Below, in pieces: positions 22,523 through 35,753 of a DNA stretch of 64,000 nucleotides; within the stretch, counting starts at the first letter, position 1, and each line of letters starts with the position of its first letter. Location of the stretch: positions 248,001-312,000 of the forward strand of contig BCGN01000002.1 of the NCBI GenBank assembly GCA_001599295.1, read 5' to 3'. The notes under the pieces were generated by a model. That model had not been told where the DNA came from and did not search any database. It worked only from the letters and a program-made list of their open reading frames with translations. The position numbers were made by a program, and so were the translations under genes. The DNA comes from Sporopachydermia quercuum. Taxonomy: Eukaryota.

Positions 22523-23899
22523 TTATTTAGTTCTGGAACCTTTCATTTGATGCAAATTTTGTCCTCTAAAACCAGAATTGAACCCCAATAATTCATTAAT
22601 ACTACCTGCCCAATCATGCTCACTCTTAGCTACGCACCATATACCTAAATCCACACCAGCTCCTTGACTCGATTTATGTCCTGGATTCTGAGTGTAAAAA
22701 CCTCCTTGTTCATTCATAACTCTTATTTCGTCTCCAGCTCCTAAATTACCAACTGCGACGCCATCAACACTTAATCGAACTTCTCTTCCTCGACTGGAGC
22801 CTGCCACCTTCACATCTATATGAGATCTCGAAGGAATAATCAAAGGTCTAAATGACAATGATCTGGGGCAAATAGGCGTAAGTAGAATACAAGAAACTAA
22901 GGGATGGACAATTGAGCCACCAGCTGACAAGGAGTACGCAGTAGAACCTGTAGGAGTTGAAATCACAATACCATCAGCCGTCGTTCTGGTTAGAAAATGG
23001 TTATCAACATATATATCTAATATAGTTAGATGTGGTTGGGCACCTCTATGAAGGGAGACATCATTCATGGCGTTCAATAGACGTGATTTATGCTTTGGAT
23101 TCGTCGACAGTGTCGTAGATGCCGAATTGTGCGAGCCAGAATTGAGAATTGACTTCGTTTTTTCTTGGAAGTACGATGCAGGCATTGTAGGTGGATCATC
23201 TATGGATGTCATTAGTGGTAGTGGAACGGTCTCACAATTATTTGCCGCATAAGGATGAATATGACATTGGAGTCTCATTCTATTCAAAACTCGCGCTCGT
23301 GACGAATATACCTGTTCGAATGCTGCTACATGATCTTTGAAATCAAACGGTAATAGGAATCCTAATGTTCCAAGTGAAAACGATAAAATAGGAGGTACAG
23401 TTTCTTGTGAAAATAATGATGCAGCAGCGAGGATAGTACCATCTCCTCCCAATGTTATCACCAAATCTGTTTTAGCATTGATTTCTGTTCTAGATCCAGT
23501 ATACAGTATTGGTTTACCGCCAGAGGATGTTTTAGTAGAATTGGAGAATAAACCATTAATCTCATCGGGAATATCTTCATCCACTACGACATTAATTGCT
23601 GGATGTGTTTTATAGAAATATTCAATCAATTGAACCATTGCTTTTCGTACATGATCTTTAAAAGGCTTCCGAACAATGAACACATTCTGCAGAGGGTTAG
23701 ACCACATAAGCGTGTGAAGTTTGGAATTTGGTATCGGTGAATATTCTGGGTATGATCTAGGTCTCAAGTCCGAGACAGATCGGATGTTTAATTGTGACTG
23801 AACATTATGAGAGGAAAATTTTCTTAGGGATACATAATAGATGCGAGAACAGTTGTATAAAGGATAAAAGCTTTTATGGTTCAATACCCTGATCATCAT
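22523..23899 (-). CDS. POS5: Mitochondrial NADH kinase
   Basis: NAD kinase motifs TLGGDGTIL, FSLGTLGFL, MND and DGIVISTPTGSTAYSLSAGGS. From ATG 23899 the N-terminus is Arg/Ser-rich and presequence-like. Confidence 0.92.
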   Translation of the reverse strand: MMIRVLNHKSFYPLYNCSRIYYVSLRKFSSHNVQSQLNIRSVSDLRPRSYPEYSPIPNSKLHTLMWSNPLQNVFIVRKPFKDHVRKAMVQLIEYFYKTHPAINVVVDEDIPDEINGLFSNSTKTSSGGKPILYTGSRTEINAKTDLVITLGGDGTILAAASLFSQETVPPILSFSLGTLGFLLPFDFKDHVAAFEQVYSSRARVLNRMRLQCHIHPYAANNCETVPLPLMTSIDDPPTMPASYFQEKTKSILNSGSHNSASTTLSTNPKHKSRLLNAMNDVSLHRGAQPHLTILDIYVDNHFLTRTTADGIVISTPTGSTAYSLSAGGSIVHPLVSCILLTPICPRSLSFRPLIIPSRSHIDVKVAGSSRGREVRLSVDGVAVGNLGAGDEIRVMNEQGGFYTQNPGHKSSQGAGVDLGIWCVAKSEHDWAGSINELLGFNSGFRGQNLHQMKGSRTK

Positions 23900-26304
23900 G
23901 TCATTTGTGACAACTCGCTTACTATGAAGGAATACTGTAGGTACTGTGGATGAAGTATTCAATTGAATAGTGCGGCTGCTAATAAATTGGTGGGTTGAAT
24001 ATTGTTATAATAGCGACTGATGTGATTCAGATGAGAACCATTAGCAATTAGTTTATTTGAACAATGGATTGCTATTATATGGGTATGAACAAGAAAAGTG
24101 TATCAAAATCATTAAAGGAGGAGATTTGATGGAGGGGCATGATAACATATATATGTACATGGGATATGCTGATACATGTGCATGTACATGAATATGCATG
24201 ACTATACATAAATGTACATACTTCTGATTGTGAGATAAGAAGATTGTTAAGAGGAAGTAAGTGATTATTGATCAGGTAATGATCATAGAGCGAGAGAAAA
24301 AGAAGAATAATGAGAAGATGATGGGAGGATAGGATCTTCAGGTAAAGAACGAATGGAGAACACTTTTGTGTTGACAAATATGAGAGTAGTCATTGACACG
24401 ATCTTCAGTAACGAAGTCCTTCCAGGAGCCTATGCATAACTCTTAGATATTAGTGTTCTGATGTTCACCCCACATTTTAAACAGAAGCTTTTCTAACCTA
24501 ATTTGAAACAACAACAGTCTTCCAGTTTCAATGAGGCTAGATTCATCACTATAGAAAACTTGTTTAGAATTGCTTGTATGGCACATCTACTTTTACATCA
24601 TATCAAAGACTCTCTGATTCATTCCATGACTATTAGGGCTAGATCTCTCTCATTGTTCTCTTTTCCTCGCATGAGATTACTAGAGAAAACGGACCCTGAA
24701 TTATACAATCAAAGACACACTAAATATTCTACTAAATGAATTAGCTGATTGTTTAGTAATTACAGGAACAATTCGAAATATAACAAGGAGAAAAGAATAA
24801 TTCAATGGATAAATGAAAAAATCAAGTACATATGTTAATTGCTTGATTTTGTATAAGTAATACATTGATTAGATAATCATGTTCGATATGATAAGGTTAC
24901 CTCGGCTTATGCGGGTCGTATGTGCGATGTAAGATCAAGTATTTAAGAAAACAAGATGGCAATACTTGTGCAATAGGAACGGAAAAAATTGGAAGACCAC
25001 AATAAATACAACATTATTTGCTTTCAATAAAATTATTACAATACTTAACTGTATTTTGCTGTTCTGCTGTTCTATTTCCGTTATTATCTGTCAAATAGCA
25101 CCTCATCCCTGCAAGTAGGTGAAATAGTATTATTGAGGAAGCAAAGCTTAAATGAGAAGAACTTGCATGAGACTACATGAACGTGCGTAAATTGAGGGGA
25201 AACTTACTTTTCTTATATTTAAAGTTTCAATTTAATCTTCTTTGCTCCAGGGTTTTTCTCAATATGGGAATAACGTTTGTGGGGAAATCGATGTTTTTCC
25301 TGGGTTTATTTATTAAGTTTATGATGAGTGAAAAGATACAACCAACTTCTTTCAGACAGTTGAAAATAAACCCGATCATCAAAGATAAGAGTANAATCAG
25401 TGATATATTTCATTCTAACATTTTTGTGACTTTTCCAGCTCTTTTGTATGCAATACATTATAACTGACAATTGAATTGGGGATTTTACCTCTCCATATAT
25501 ATTATTCACACGTCGAATTTCTCAGCACTTAGTCTACACATTAAACGCTAAACCTCCAATTTAGGTTAGTATTTGAGCCGTCTTAAGTTTTCTAAGGCCT
25601 GTAAAGTCTTATGTCATTTATTCTCTCATCTCGGTGTCAAAAGTCATTGAAAAGGAAACTAAATTATCATTGTACTTCTTAACCCACTTCCTCTTATCTT
25701 AACTAAAGAAATAATTCTTTTAGTTTAAGCTTAACCATTATATAACAATTCCACCATCAATAATACTTGATATTCTCTTGGAAATGCTCCGTTGGTTTCT
25801 TCTAATCAGACTTTGTCTTTAAGGTTAAGATTCAACTTTTTACACTTGTTTAACTCTAATTAAACTCAAACTTTTGTATTTTAGCTTAGCCTCACGATCT
25901 TACTAATTGCCGCTAACCCCATAATATAACTCCATATTTTTCACATTTCCAAGCACATCAACAGGGAATTCTACAGAGCTATATATAAGGTGTCTTTACT
26001 TTTTGACCGCTTAGTTGATACAAAAATCATGGAAGACAGCATTAGTTTCCAGGCGTTATTCATGAATTGGAAGATTAAAAACGATATAAGAGTTCTATAC
26101 AGTATTTATAGAATAATAAATAGTAATAGGAAGCTCGAAAAGGGATCAATTATACCGTATACTCATCATACGTCCCCTGCTGTATCTCTGAACAGAATTG
26201 ACTGTTGAGTTGCTGGTACATCATTGTACTTACTATTCTAGAGATCTTCAAAACAGGAATTTATCTACTACAGCATATCTAATCCTTTTATAACTACTTG
26301 CACA

Positions 26305-27777
26305 ATGTCTAGCATGCTATCGACATCACATCATCCTGAACTATCGACTAACCTTTGCGATGCAAGATTACAAGATGTAGTAATTGAATTGCCTATTGTT
26401 AGATCCCTAAATGTACCAGAATGTGATTTAATAGCCAGAAAGAATTCCACACGGTTTCTCAATATAATTATAGAAGCAGGCGTTGAAGCCATTGGAAGAA
26501 AGGAAAGCAATAAAACGAATGAAGACGATAATGAAGATAGTAATGATAATAACCATAGCAATCAAAGTAAAAACAACAAAAAAACCAATAATGAGAATCC
26601 TATTAGCGATACTCCTACATATCAGCAGCCAATAACTCCACAGACGCCTGAAATTTCGAGCCAATCAATACATTGTGAAACATACACCAAGGCATTCAAT
26701 TTCTGGGAAACCAATAAAGCAAAAGATTCTACGGCTTCTACTTTCCTACAACTACGGAGGTCTTATGAACTACTGATAGACTTGGCTCATAGACCTCAAG
26801 GAGCTGTTTGCTATGTATTTTGGGAGTATTGGGATGCCATTGCTATGAAAATCATGAATATCACTGGTGTTTCAAGATTAACAGAAGCAACCGCTGGAAG
26901 ATTGTTCCGTCCGACTGGTGGTTCTGCAGTTTATATTACTGCGTATGAAAGAGAACAGGAAAAAGTAAAAGAAAGAGAAAAACACACAGATAAATATCGG
27001 TCAGGGTCATTAACTGCACATAACACTATCGACAGTAATGGTATCAGTAACAGCGTTAAGATTGTTGATGGTAGCTTAAATACTTTCAATCCTAGTAATG
27101 CTATCCCTACTCCTAGCTCTACTACTAATCCATCTGAAGCTTATGGACAACCATCACCAACTACTACTTCTTCTCCTTCACCAGAAGATAAAATAAAGAA
27201 CATACTATCGATATCCTTATCTTCTTCTTGCACATACAACCCTTATGCATCAACTAGAGTTTATAGACAACAGAACGATATTGCGAACTCCTTAGATATT
27301 CTTAAAGTTAATAATAAAAAGGAAGAATCTCTAGTCCTTACTAATTATTTCTTCCCTGATAGAAATCTAGCTGCCAATCATATAATGAATCCTGTGTCAC
27401 GATCAAGCAGTATCGATCAAAATATTCAACAAGAAAAAGAGCTTCAGAATGAACTACGGAAGGAATTAAAGAGTCCGAAGAGTAGTAATATTGATAGCAA
27501 TAACTTAACTAGTGGTTTATTAGATGGTAATCCAAATGTCGACAATATTCAAGAGTATTTGGGATTAGAAACCAGAAACCATTTCAATGATTTCAGTGAT
27601 TTCAATGATTTTGATTTGCATTTGAATATGAATTGTTATAGAAACGTCAATAATAAAAGAACGGCTGATACGTTAATGGATGTTGCAAGTGCAGTGGATA
27701 TTCCTGCTGTTGTTGATAGCTTGAAGAGTACAAAGAAAATTGATATAAGGAAATCAATAAGAGCTTTAGAGGAATAG
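26305..27777 (+). CDS. Hypothetical protein, 490 aa, no recognised family
   Basis: Long ATG-initiated ORF in good context (cacaATG). Two ordered-looking blocks (about aa 15-65 and 120-215) are separated by Asn-rich and Ser/Thr/Pro-rich low-complexity regions. Confidence 0.8.
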   Translation: MSSMLSTSHHPELSTNLCDARLQDVVIELPIVRSLNVPECDLIARKNSTRFLNIIIEAGVEAIGRKESNKTNEDDNEDSNDNNHSNQSKNNKKTNNENPISDTPTYQQPITPQTPEISSQSIHCETYTKAFNFWETNKAKDSTASTFLQLRRSYELLIDLAHRPQGAVCYVFWEYWDAIAMKIMNITGVSRLTEATAGRLFRPTGGSAVYITAYEREQEKVKEREKHTDKYRSGSLTAHNTIDSNGISNSVKIVDGSLNTFNPSNAIPTPSSTTNPSEAYGQPSPTTTSSPSPEDKIKNILSISLSSSCTYNPYASTRVYRQQNDIANSLDILKVNNKKEESLVLTNYFFPDRNLAANHIMNPVSRSSSIDQNIQQEKELQNELRKELKSPKSSNIDSNNLTSGLLDGNPNVDNIQEYLGLETRNHFNDFSDFNDFDLHLNMNCYRNVNNKRTADTLMDVASAVDIPAVVDSLKSTKKIDIRKSIRALEE

Positions 27778-29542
27778 GATGAGACGAGGAAATGTCATTA
27801 TGAGTGATATATGTCAATCTAATAAGATTCTTGATTATAAATTGCTTTTATTGTAGAATTTTTAATGGTAGTGGTAGTACTTTAATATATGAGTAGCCGT
27901 CTTTTTAACAATAATAAAAGGTAGATTGCCCTGTGAGAATAACAATAGAGCTCATAAGTTTTAACGAAGAGAAAACAGATTTTTATTAGAAAAATAAATG
28001 AGTTAGATTCAATTCGGTCGCAAATTTAGTAAATTATTTCAATTAAATTCAATCAATTTCTTAACCCCAGAAGGTTTCCCGATAAGAATAAGAACTTCTT
28101 GATACGCTATTTATCACCAACTAATTAACTAACTATAACTAAAAAAATCTGCGAATCAAACTCTTTTCTGTTTCTGATATTATTGAATCTATAGAAGAAA
28201 ATAAGAACTGATTGTTCCTTTTGGCTATGATTACTACAACTAAGAACTAACTATGGAGCCATTGGTTCACTTACTATTTTGAATAGTTTTCCTATATCCA
28301 ATTTAGAGACAAAGTCAAAGCTATTCCTTATGAGATGAGAAAAATAGTTTACCTAATTTAAAGCTTTATCTTTCTTTCAGTCGAACGCTTAGGCGTGGAT
28401 CTCATCAGCTTCTTAACTTCAAATGCCTAATTCCTAGTTCGTCTATTTCCAGACATACACAAGGCTTTGTTCGTTTTCTATTATATTATATTAACACATA
28501 TTATATTTACTATAGACTATCAAGACAATTCCATCAAAGAAATCAGATGTCATTTGGCCCTTTTATCGTCTAATTTCTTCTTTCTCCTAACATTTCCACT
28601 GCCCAAGATATTGATTCTGGCACTCAAAAGGTGATGGATGAGAGGTTCCTCTTTCTACTTCCAAGGTCATCTTCGCTTTGTCCGAAGATGAGCCTGAAAA
28701 GAATACTCCTCATGAAAAAGTGACGATGGTAGATCTTTTTTTTGCTTATCTGATGCAAAGAGAAACCTAGAACTTACCTTTAGGCTCCATTTATTAAGGT
28801 GACAGCGAGGAGAAAAATTTATGTAAGTTCAAGGAAACGTACTGGAGTATTTGTATAGTAAGATATCTATGTCTTAAATGGTAAAAGGCTGTGATATCAT
28901 ATTTATAAGTACAATACTTATTTTTATTATTAAATTTTCTTGTGTTTGAGTATTTTGTTCCGTTTGAAATCACCCTCGTTCAATTTTTCATCATCTAATA
29001 GTTGACATTATGGTATATATCTGAGTTTTGATCACAATGAATGCTGAATTATTAATTGATTCCTCAGACAGGAATTTCAGGTTTCAAATTAATAAGTGAT
29101 TGACATGCGCTTTGTGCCTAGAAATAATGCTTTGACAAGACATTTTAAACTGCGCTCAACGGCTAATCAGCTCTAAAATATCTCTCAGACGCCGTTTTAT
29201 TGACTTCTTGCATGAAACATGAATAGAATCAGCTAAAGTTCCTGTTGGTAGAGCTACCCAACCTGCATTTGTCACGATTAGTGCTCTTCAGACAATATGA
29301 GCAGTTTAGACGTAAACGTATGTTCTATCAATAAGATCAATAGAGGGAGAAATAATCGTAATTTCATCCTTCACGTTTTACTAATTTAAACGCAAACTGA
29401 ATATATCATACAATCAAATATGAAAATAACAAAATAAATATTGAAACTACAATACAGAACCAAATATAAATTAAACATTCCACATATCATTCGCACACCA
29501 ATATCACATCATCTTTAAGTTATGCTTCTTCCACCAAGCTAT

Positions 29543-30910
29543 CTAAGACGCCACATCAATTGTTTTATGATCTATATCTTTACTTTTCCCACCTAGTTTC
29601 TCTTCATCATCAAAGAATTCATCATCTCTTTCAATATGTTCATCACGGGCTTGTTGTGAGCCGCCTTTAGTATCCTTAGCTTCAGCACTATCTTCTTCTT
29701 CATCACCTAAATCTGGGGCATCAGCAGGAACGTCTTGCATTTGAACACTTGGGCAAAATTTAGTATGTGATAAGTTTTCAAATACTTGAGTTAATATCTT
29801 ATCCAAAAATTCGGGATTGTTAGCATTATGCATATTTGAAGGCCTGACATCTAGCTTATAATCAGGGCAATAATATTCATAGTAATCATTATAAGGTAGA
29901 TCAGGGCCTAGGATTTCATTATTTAATAAACCAGTTTCAAAAGTCCAGGTTCTTGAAACGTTTCTCATAGTGTAACCACCACCACCAACTACCATCATTG
30001 GTTTACCAAATGAACGAACAAAGTTAACACAGTTAGCATGACCTCTCATACTAAGGTTGAAACAACCAAGACGGTCACCAGATAATGAATCACCACCACA
30101 CTGTAGGACGATTGCACTTGGTTGATACCATTCCATGATTTTAGAGATCACAGGTTCGAAAACTGATTTATAGGTTGCATCATCAATACCATCGCGTAAT
30201 GGTAAATTCACTGCATAATGCTTACCTTTACTCACACCAATATCACGCAGCTCACCAGTACCAGGAAAAAACTCACCGTATTTATGGAATGAACAAGTCA
30301 TTACACGATCAGTGGTATAAAATGCTTCTTCCACACCATCACCATGATGAACATCAATATCAATATACAATACACGAGCATGGTACCGTAGAAGTTCAAT
30401 GATACCTAACACAATATCGTTCAAGTAACAAAATCCACTTGCTTCTGATTTCTTAGCATGATGTAACCCTCCAGCATAATTAATAGCAATATCGCACTTA
30501 CCACGATTGAGTCTTGCTGCTCCTTCCATAGAACCTCCACCGGAAATACCGCAGTATTCAAACAACCCGTCAAACACAGGACAATCGTCACCGACATTGA
30601 ATTTGACTTGTTCTTTAGCAAACATATCGATATTATCAGGCGTTACTCTAGATAAAAAGTCAATGTATTCATCAGTGTGGAATTGACACATTTCTTGCTT
30701 CGTAGCAGGCTTGGCTCTGTAGATTTCCATCTTCTTATATAAACCATAGTTCATAATCAGAGAATGAGCCATTCTAATTCTGTGGGGCTTCATAGGATGT
30801 CCTGCACCATAAGCGTAGTTTCCTACATCTGAATCGTAAAAATAAGCAACACGTCGCTTATCTTGTTTGTTGACCTTGATGTCGTCAAATGGTTTAGCCT
30901 CGTAGACCAT
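29543..30910 (-). CDS. RPD3: Class I histone deacetylase
   Basis: MVYEA...[46 protein letters not shown] and [15 protein letters not shown]. Confidence 0.98.
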   Translation of the reverse strand: MVYEAKPFDDIKVNKQDKRRVAYFYDSDVGNYAYGAGHPMKPHRIRMAHSLIMNYGLYKKMEIYRAKPATKQEMCQFHTDEYIDFLSRVTPDNIDMFAKEQVKFNVGDDCPVFDGLFEYCGISGGGSMEGAARLNRGKCDIAINYAGGLHHAKKSEASGFCYLNDIVLGIIELLRYHARVLYIDIDVHHGDGVEEAFYTTDRVMTCSFHKYGEFFPGTGELRDIGVSKGKHYAVNLPLRDGIDDATYKSVFEPVISKIMEWYQPSAIVLQCGGDSLSGDRLGCFNLSMRGHANCVNFVRSFGKPMMVVGGGGYTMRNVSRTWTFETGLLNNEILGPDLPYNDYYEYYCPDYKLDVRPSNMHNANNPEFLDKILTQVFENLSHTKFCPSVQMQDVPADAPDLGDEEEDSAEAKDTKGGSQQARDEHIERDDEFFDDEEKLGGKSKDIDHKTIDVAS

Positions 30911-31823
30911 GGTGAAGAGAAGATGGTAAGGGTACTTTGATACTTGATAGACGCAACAATGAGCGCTTGCGCTTTCTGTAAGAATAGTATTTGTAATTTC
31001 TGATCACAAAATTGAAATCAAGAATAACACACAAACCGCAGTTAATTTGCTGATCAAACACAAATGAAAATGAAAATGGACACAACCAATTTCACTTGAT
31101 TAGCACAAAATTGAAAATAGCACAATGACACCTTTCTCAGTTGATATCAAGCTTTCTCTTCCGAGCTTTTCACAAACATTAATATACCCAGCTATCAACG
31201 ATAAGTGGGGAACTGACTGGTACTTGTAACAGAAAGAAAAATATTCTGCTCATTTGATAAGGAGCTGATGCGATGTTATAGTGGAGAAAGGGAAAGGAAA
31301 CTGTGAGGAACTGAAATAAAAGAAGCGGTGGTGAAGCATTCTGGATTAGAATGATGTGTTGAGAGATATGGTTTGATAATGGTTGGAATTGCCCCCTTAC
31401 ACACTATGGCATGGAGGGGGGTGGCAGAGAGATTATCATAGATAGAAAATATGGAAAGAAACGTTTACAACCAAAAGAGTTTTCAATAGTAGTCATAATT
31501 GTACTCAATGTTTGGTGGTAGGATATTAATTCATTACTAATGATATTCAATGTTCTATTGAATCAGCAGCGTCACAAGTAGTGAGTGGAAACAGGGTATG
31601 TTATTAAAATCTAGTATTCAAATTTCGGAAATAATATTTCCATTTTCAAGTATTATTTCCTGGTTTATCTACTCCCTAAACATCAGATCTCACCTCAGAA
31701 ATTTCTTACATTGAGTGAAAAGTCAACTTTTTATCCTATTTGACACCAAAACTAAGGAAGAATTAGGCGAAAAAAACGTGAACAAGTTCATTCAATCGCT
31801 GGATTAACAATAGAATCCTGAAA

Positions 31824-33150
31824 ATGAGCTCCGATAAAGACCATAATTCAACTCTGAATCTTGTGTTCTGCGTTATTGGTATGTATAGTTTACTGATACC
31901 ATTCAAATATCCGTATCTTTCGTTCATGAACAGTGGGAAATCATAAGAGGTCATAGCGATAGTGATATAGGCAACGATTTTCCATGCGATTCATATGTTA
32001 TAAGCACTGTTGACTTCCTTGAACCTTTTAACAGTTACTAATGAAAATAGGTATCTATGCATCTTTTCTCTCATGGGGAATTCTGCAAGAAAGAATATCC
32101 GCTGGAGGATATGGACCAGAGGATGAAGTATTCAAAGCTCCATTGATTACCAACACTATTCAATCATTCTTTGCTTCAATTCTGAGTTTCCTTTATCTGA
32201 TATTCATATCAAAACAATCACCAAAAGAAGCATTTTCTGTTATCTTTGATGCTTCTACCGTCAAAAGGTTAATGCTGGTGGCTATAACGCAATCGATATC
32301 ATCTCCCCTCGGGTATTTTTCAATTGCTTATGTTGATTATTTGGTTTTTCTGTTAGCTAAATCGTGTAAGATTCTTCCTGTGCTAGCAGTGCATGTGATT
32401 GTCTACAGAAGGAGTTTCCCTACGAAGAAATACCTTTTGGCATTTGTTATTACACTTGGGGTTGTTCTGTTTACCGTGTATGGAAAGCCGAAGGTGTCTA
32501 GTAGTGGAAAGACGACTGAAGCTATAACATCGACAGGTAGTAATTTTTCTACTGTAATTGGATTATTGATGTTGTGCGGTAGTCTTTTTCTTGATGGCCT
32601 TACAAATTCTACTCAGGATCAAATTTTCCATACGAATAAGCAACTTACAGGTCAGCATCTAATGTGTGGTCTAAATCTGATATCTACGACTCTTACTATA
32701 TCTTATTTAGTAGTTATGTTGTACGTGGAGACAAATGATGAATTGACCATAGGATTTTCATTTATTCACAAATATCCTCAAGTATTGTCAAACATTTTCT
32801 CCTATGCTATTTTTGGTGCTGTTGGTCAATTGTTTATATTTTACACTTTAGCTCATTTCGGATCGGTTGCACTGGTTACTATTACAGTCACTAGAAAAAT
32901 GTTTTCAATGGTATTAAGCGTGATATGCTTCAACCATAGGTTATCTTTAGGACAATGGATTGGAGTTTTGTTAGTATTTGGTGGTGTTGCTGATGAAGCA
33001 TACATGAAGTACGCAGAAAAGAACACCAATGATAAAGTAGAATTCGAGAAGAAATCTGGCCACGGGAAAGAAATTAAAGATAGAGGTAAAGTAGAAGATA
33101 TACGAGAAACTGCTTTGTCAACAGGAGTCTATTCCAAAGTCTCCAACTAG
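31824..33150 (+). CDS. HUT1: UDP-galactose transporter homolog (SLC35B1/UAA family), 2 exons, 384 aa: join(31824..31878,32051..33150)
   Basis: The intron GTATGT(31879)...TACTAAT...TAG(32050) restores LVFCVIGIYASFLSWGILQE. Other motifs are LAKSCK, LDGLTNSTQD, GQLFIF and TVTRKM. Confidence 0.9.
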
Positions 33151-33808
33151 AAGAACTCCGTCTTATGAACGTTGGAGAGGCAGGGATAATGAATCATTTA
33201 CAATTTGTTTTACGATCACTCTCTTACGAATAGAACTAGACTATTTATTTGCTTAACAGCTAAAGACACAGCACAGCAAAACTTGTGTATTAGATTAGAA
33301 TATAAACGATCATAATTGCTCGGAAAATTGTATAGAATAAATTAAAACCCATTTCGGAGATTACATGGCATATAGTTTCCGAAATTCTACCATATTTATA
33401 ATTGTTTTATATGACGAAATCAGTATTTTATGCGTTCAGATTTTGGTAAACAAATAATGTTCCAAGCTGGTATTCAGACTAAGCTGATATACCTAAAATT
33501 TCCATTCAAGCATCGATTCTACTGGAATCTTTCGATAAATCCGTAAAATAAGTTGCCTTATGGTCGTTATTTGGTAAGCTTCAAATCATTGGAGAGATAT
33601 TAATTAATGCATACGTGATCAGTTATTATTTTATATTAACGTAATCAGAAAACACTTTCATCATAATAAGTAGGCAGCGAAACCTGTACACAGGAATCAA
33701 TAAACACAGCCTCTTCAACACTACTCGATTATCAGACCATTCGTAGCTTTTCCAGCCTATGAAAGAGGCATTCATTATTCCAAGGTGCAAATTTAATCCT
33801 ATCAAACT

Positions 33809-35332
33809 ATGGGGATGTCCACTAATTTGCGAAATCAACCAAAAACTCCATCTCTTTACAAAGGCAAATCCAAAGTAACACTGGACCTCGTAGACTCCCA
33901 CAGGCTTTCTCACAGTTCTCGGACAGAGGTTTCACCATTACTTCTCAGCAAACAGAAGCCATACAATTCTAATACAGGGAATATAGAATTTTTATTGCCG
34001 GCGTTAGAGAATCTGCAATCAGCTGAAAGCAACTCACGAGAAAGAAGCGCTCTTACTTCTACATTCACCCCCACACATGCACCCTCGAAGAAACAGTCTA
34101 CAGCTCATCAACAACTCTCACATATCTTACCACCAAAATACCAATTCAAAGACAATATGCCCCGGATGTTGAGCAACTTTTGTTATAACTTCTCTCGTTG
34201 CTGTGTCACAACAACGATCATAGCACCAAAAGCCATAGTTACTGCTATTATCGCCTTTGTGGTCTATGCAGAAGCGGACCTATGTTTCGGTGTTTATTGG
34301 GGTAAGAACAACTGGATGGTCTTCATGGGTATTTTGGCAACTCTTTTGGCATTATTATCATTATATTCTTATTATATGGTAGTACTTATTGGTCCTGGAA
34401 GTCCATCAGATATTCCAGAGCTAAGAATATCACCTTCAAGTCATGTGGTAAATATATCGGAGATGATGGAGTCACGTGATGTAGATGGCTTATCGGCTCA
34501 ACCAAGCGATACTTTTTTAAATGACTCTGTACAGAGCGAAATCCAATCAAAGTTGTCGAAACCCCCTCAAATAATGCTAAATTCCTTAATGGCAAAAGAT
34601 AATGGAGATTTGAGGTTTTGCTCAAAATGTAGTTGCTGGAAGCCTGACAGATCTCATCACTGCTCGGCTTGTAATAAGTGTGTACTGAGAATGGATCATC
34701 ATTGTCCTTGGTTTGCTGAGTGCATTGGATTTGGAAACCATAAATATTTTATTCAGTTTCTCGTATATGTTGTGCTACTCTGCATTTTCTGTTTCATTCC
34801 GTCATTTTTGATGATTTTTGATTTCATCGATCAAAGCGAGTACAACAATGGGTATTTGGAGCTGAAATGGGTATTCCTGTTTATTACTTCGATTATATTT
34901 GGTGTGGCAGTCACAGTGTTTACTATTTTTTCTATTTATATTCTACTAATGAACAAAACAACGTTAGAGAATATGGAATCGTCTTACTACAGATCTGCAG
35001 TTCCTACTGCACATTACAGGTATAATAGAGCACCGTCGTTGAAATCAGTAGGGAATTTATACGACGTTGGATGGAAAAACAATTTAGCACAAATAATGGG
35101 TGACAGTTGGATTGAATGGCTACTACCTATAAAGAATGAGAATTCAAAGCCTAACGGGAAATCAGAGTATTACTATGATGGTGTGAAATGGCCAGTAAAT
35201 GAGACAGTATGGAAAAAGATAGTAGAAACAGGCCAGGATGAGGCCAGGAAGCTGAATGCCTTGTATGAGTATCAATCAGCTCAAAGATCTCAAGCGAGAC
35301 AAAGATTTGAAGAACCGAAACAACAGGAGTAA
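33809..35332 (+). CDS. PFA3: DHHC palmitoyltransferase; start may be 33809 or the downstream ATG near 34157
   Basis: GPGSP, CSKCSCWKPDRSHHCSACNKCVLRMDHHCPW, NKTTLE and NLYDVGW. Its position among RPD3, MDJ2 and PEX6 fits PFA3. Confidence 0.9.
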   Translation: MGMSTNLRNQPKTPSLYKGKSKVTLDLVDSHRLSHSSRTEVSPLLLSKQKPYNSNTGNIEFLLPALENLQSAESNSRERSALTSTFTPTHAPSKKQSTAHQQLSHILPPKYQFKDNMPRMLSNFCYNFSRCCVTTTIIAPKAIVTAIIAFVVYAEADLCFGVYWGKNNWMVFMGILATLLALLSLYSYYMVVLIGPGSPSDIPELRISPSSHVVNISEMMESRDVDGLSAQPSDTFLNDSVQSEIQSKLSKPPQIMLNSLMAKDNGDLRFCSKCSCWKPDRSHHCSACNKCVLRMDHHCPWFAECIGFGNHKYFIQFLVYVVLLCIFCFIPSFLMIFDFIDQSEYNNGYLELKWVFLFITSIIFGVAVTVFTIFSIYILLMNKTTLENMESSYYRSAVPTAHYRYNRAPSLKSVGNLYDVGWKNNLAQIMGDSWIEWLLPIKNENSKPNGKSEYYYDGVKWPVNETVWKKIVETGQDEARKLNALYEYQSAQRSQARQRFEEPKQQE

Positions 35333-35735
35333 GCATTGCATAGAATCCCCTGAGTCTTCTGAACTGAGATCCTAGTTCGTTTTTTAGAAGAGGAAGGCCA
35401 GCTGAACGCCAATGACGTGGAGGACGAGATGTAAAATAGTCATAAGAATAAGAAACAGAGAATAAAAATGAGAAAAGAAGTTCTACTGGTCTCATCTTTT
35501 ATCCAATGAATCAACCAAAGGTTAAACAGTTTATACTGTATTAAAATCGGACTCTCTTTCCACAGCAATTACATTTCGAGAGAATGTACAACGACCATAA
35601 GTATTGTCTTAATTCTCAAATCTCGACTACACTTCAATACTGGTTTTCCTTTTATTTTGTCTATGTCACCGTATAATGTCTTCTATATCTTCTAATAATG
35701 AGCCAACAATTCATTCATTCTATTATCAATAAGAC

Positions 35736-35753
35736 TATGATTACGTAATCATA
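35736..35753. promoter_or_regulatory. 18-bp perfect palindrome containing the bZIP-type core TTACGTAA, upstream of MDJ2
   Basis: TATGATTACGTAATCATA is its own reverse complement. Confidence 0.45.

Noticed and set aside
28586..28790. Minus-strand ATGGAGCCTAAAG|GTAAGT...TTTTCAG mini-gene, or plus-strand ACTTACCT as a U1 snRNA 5' end
   Set aside because: No branch point, and the roughly 39-aa product is unrecognisable. No U1 stem-loops or Sm site follow.
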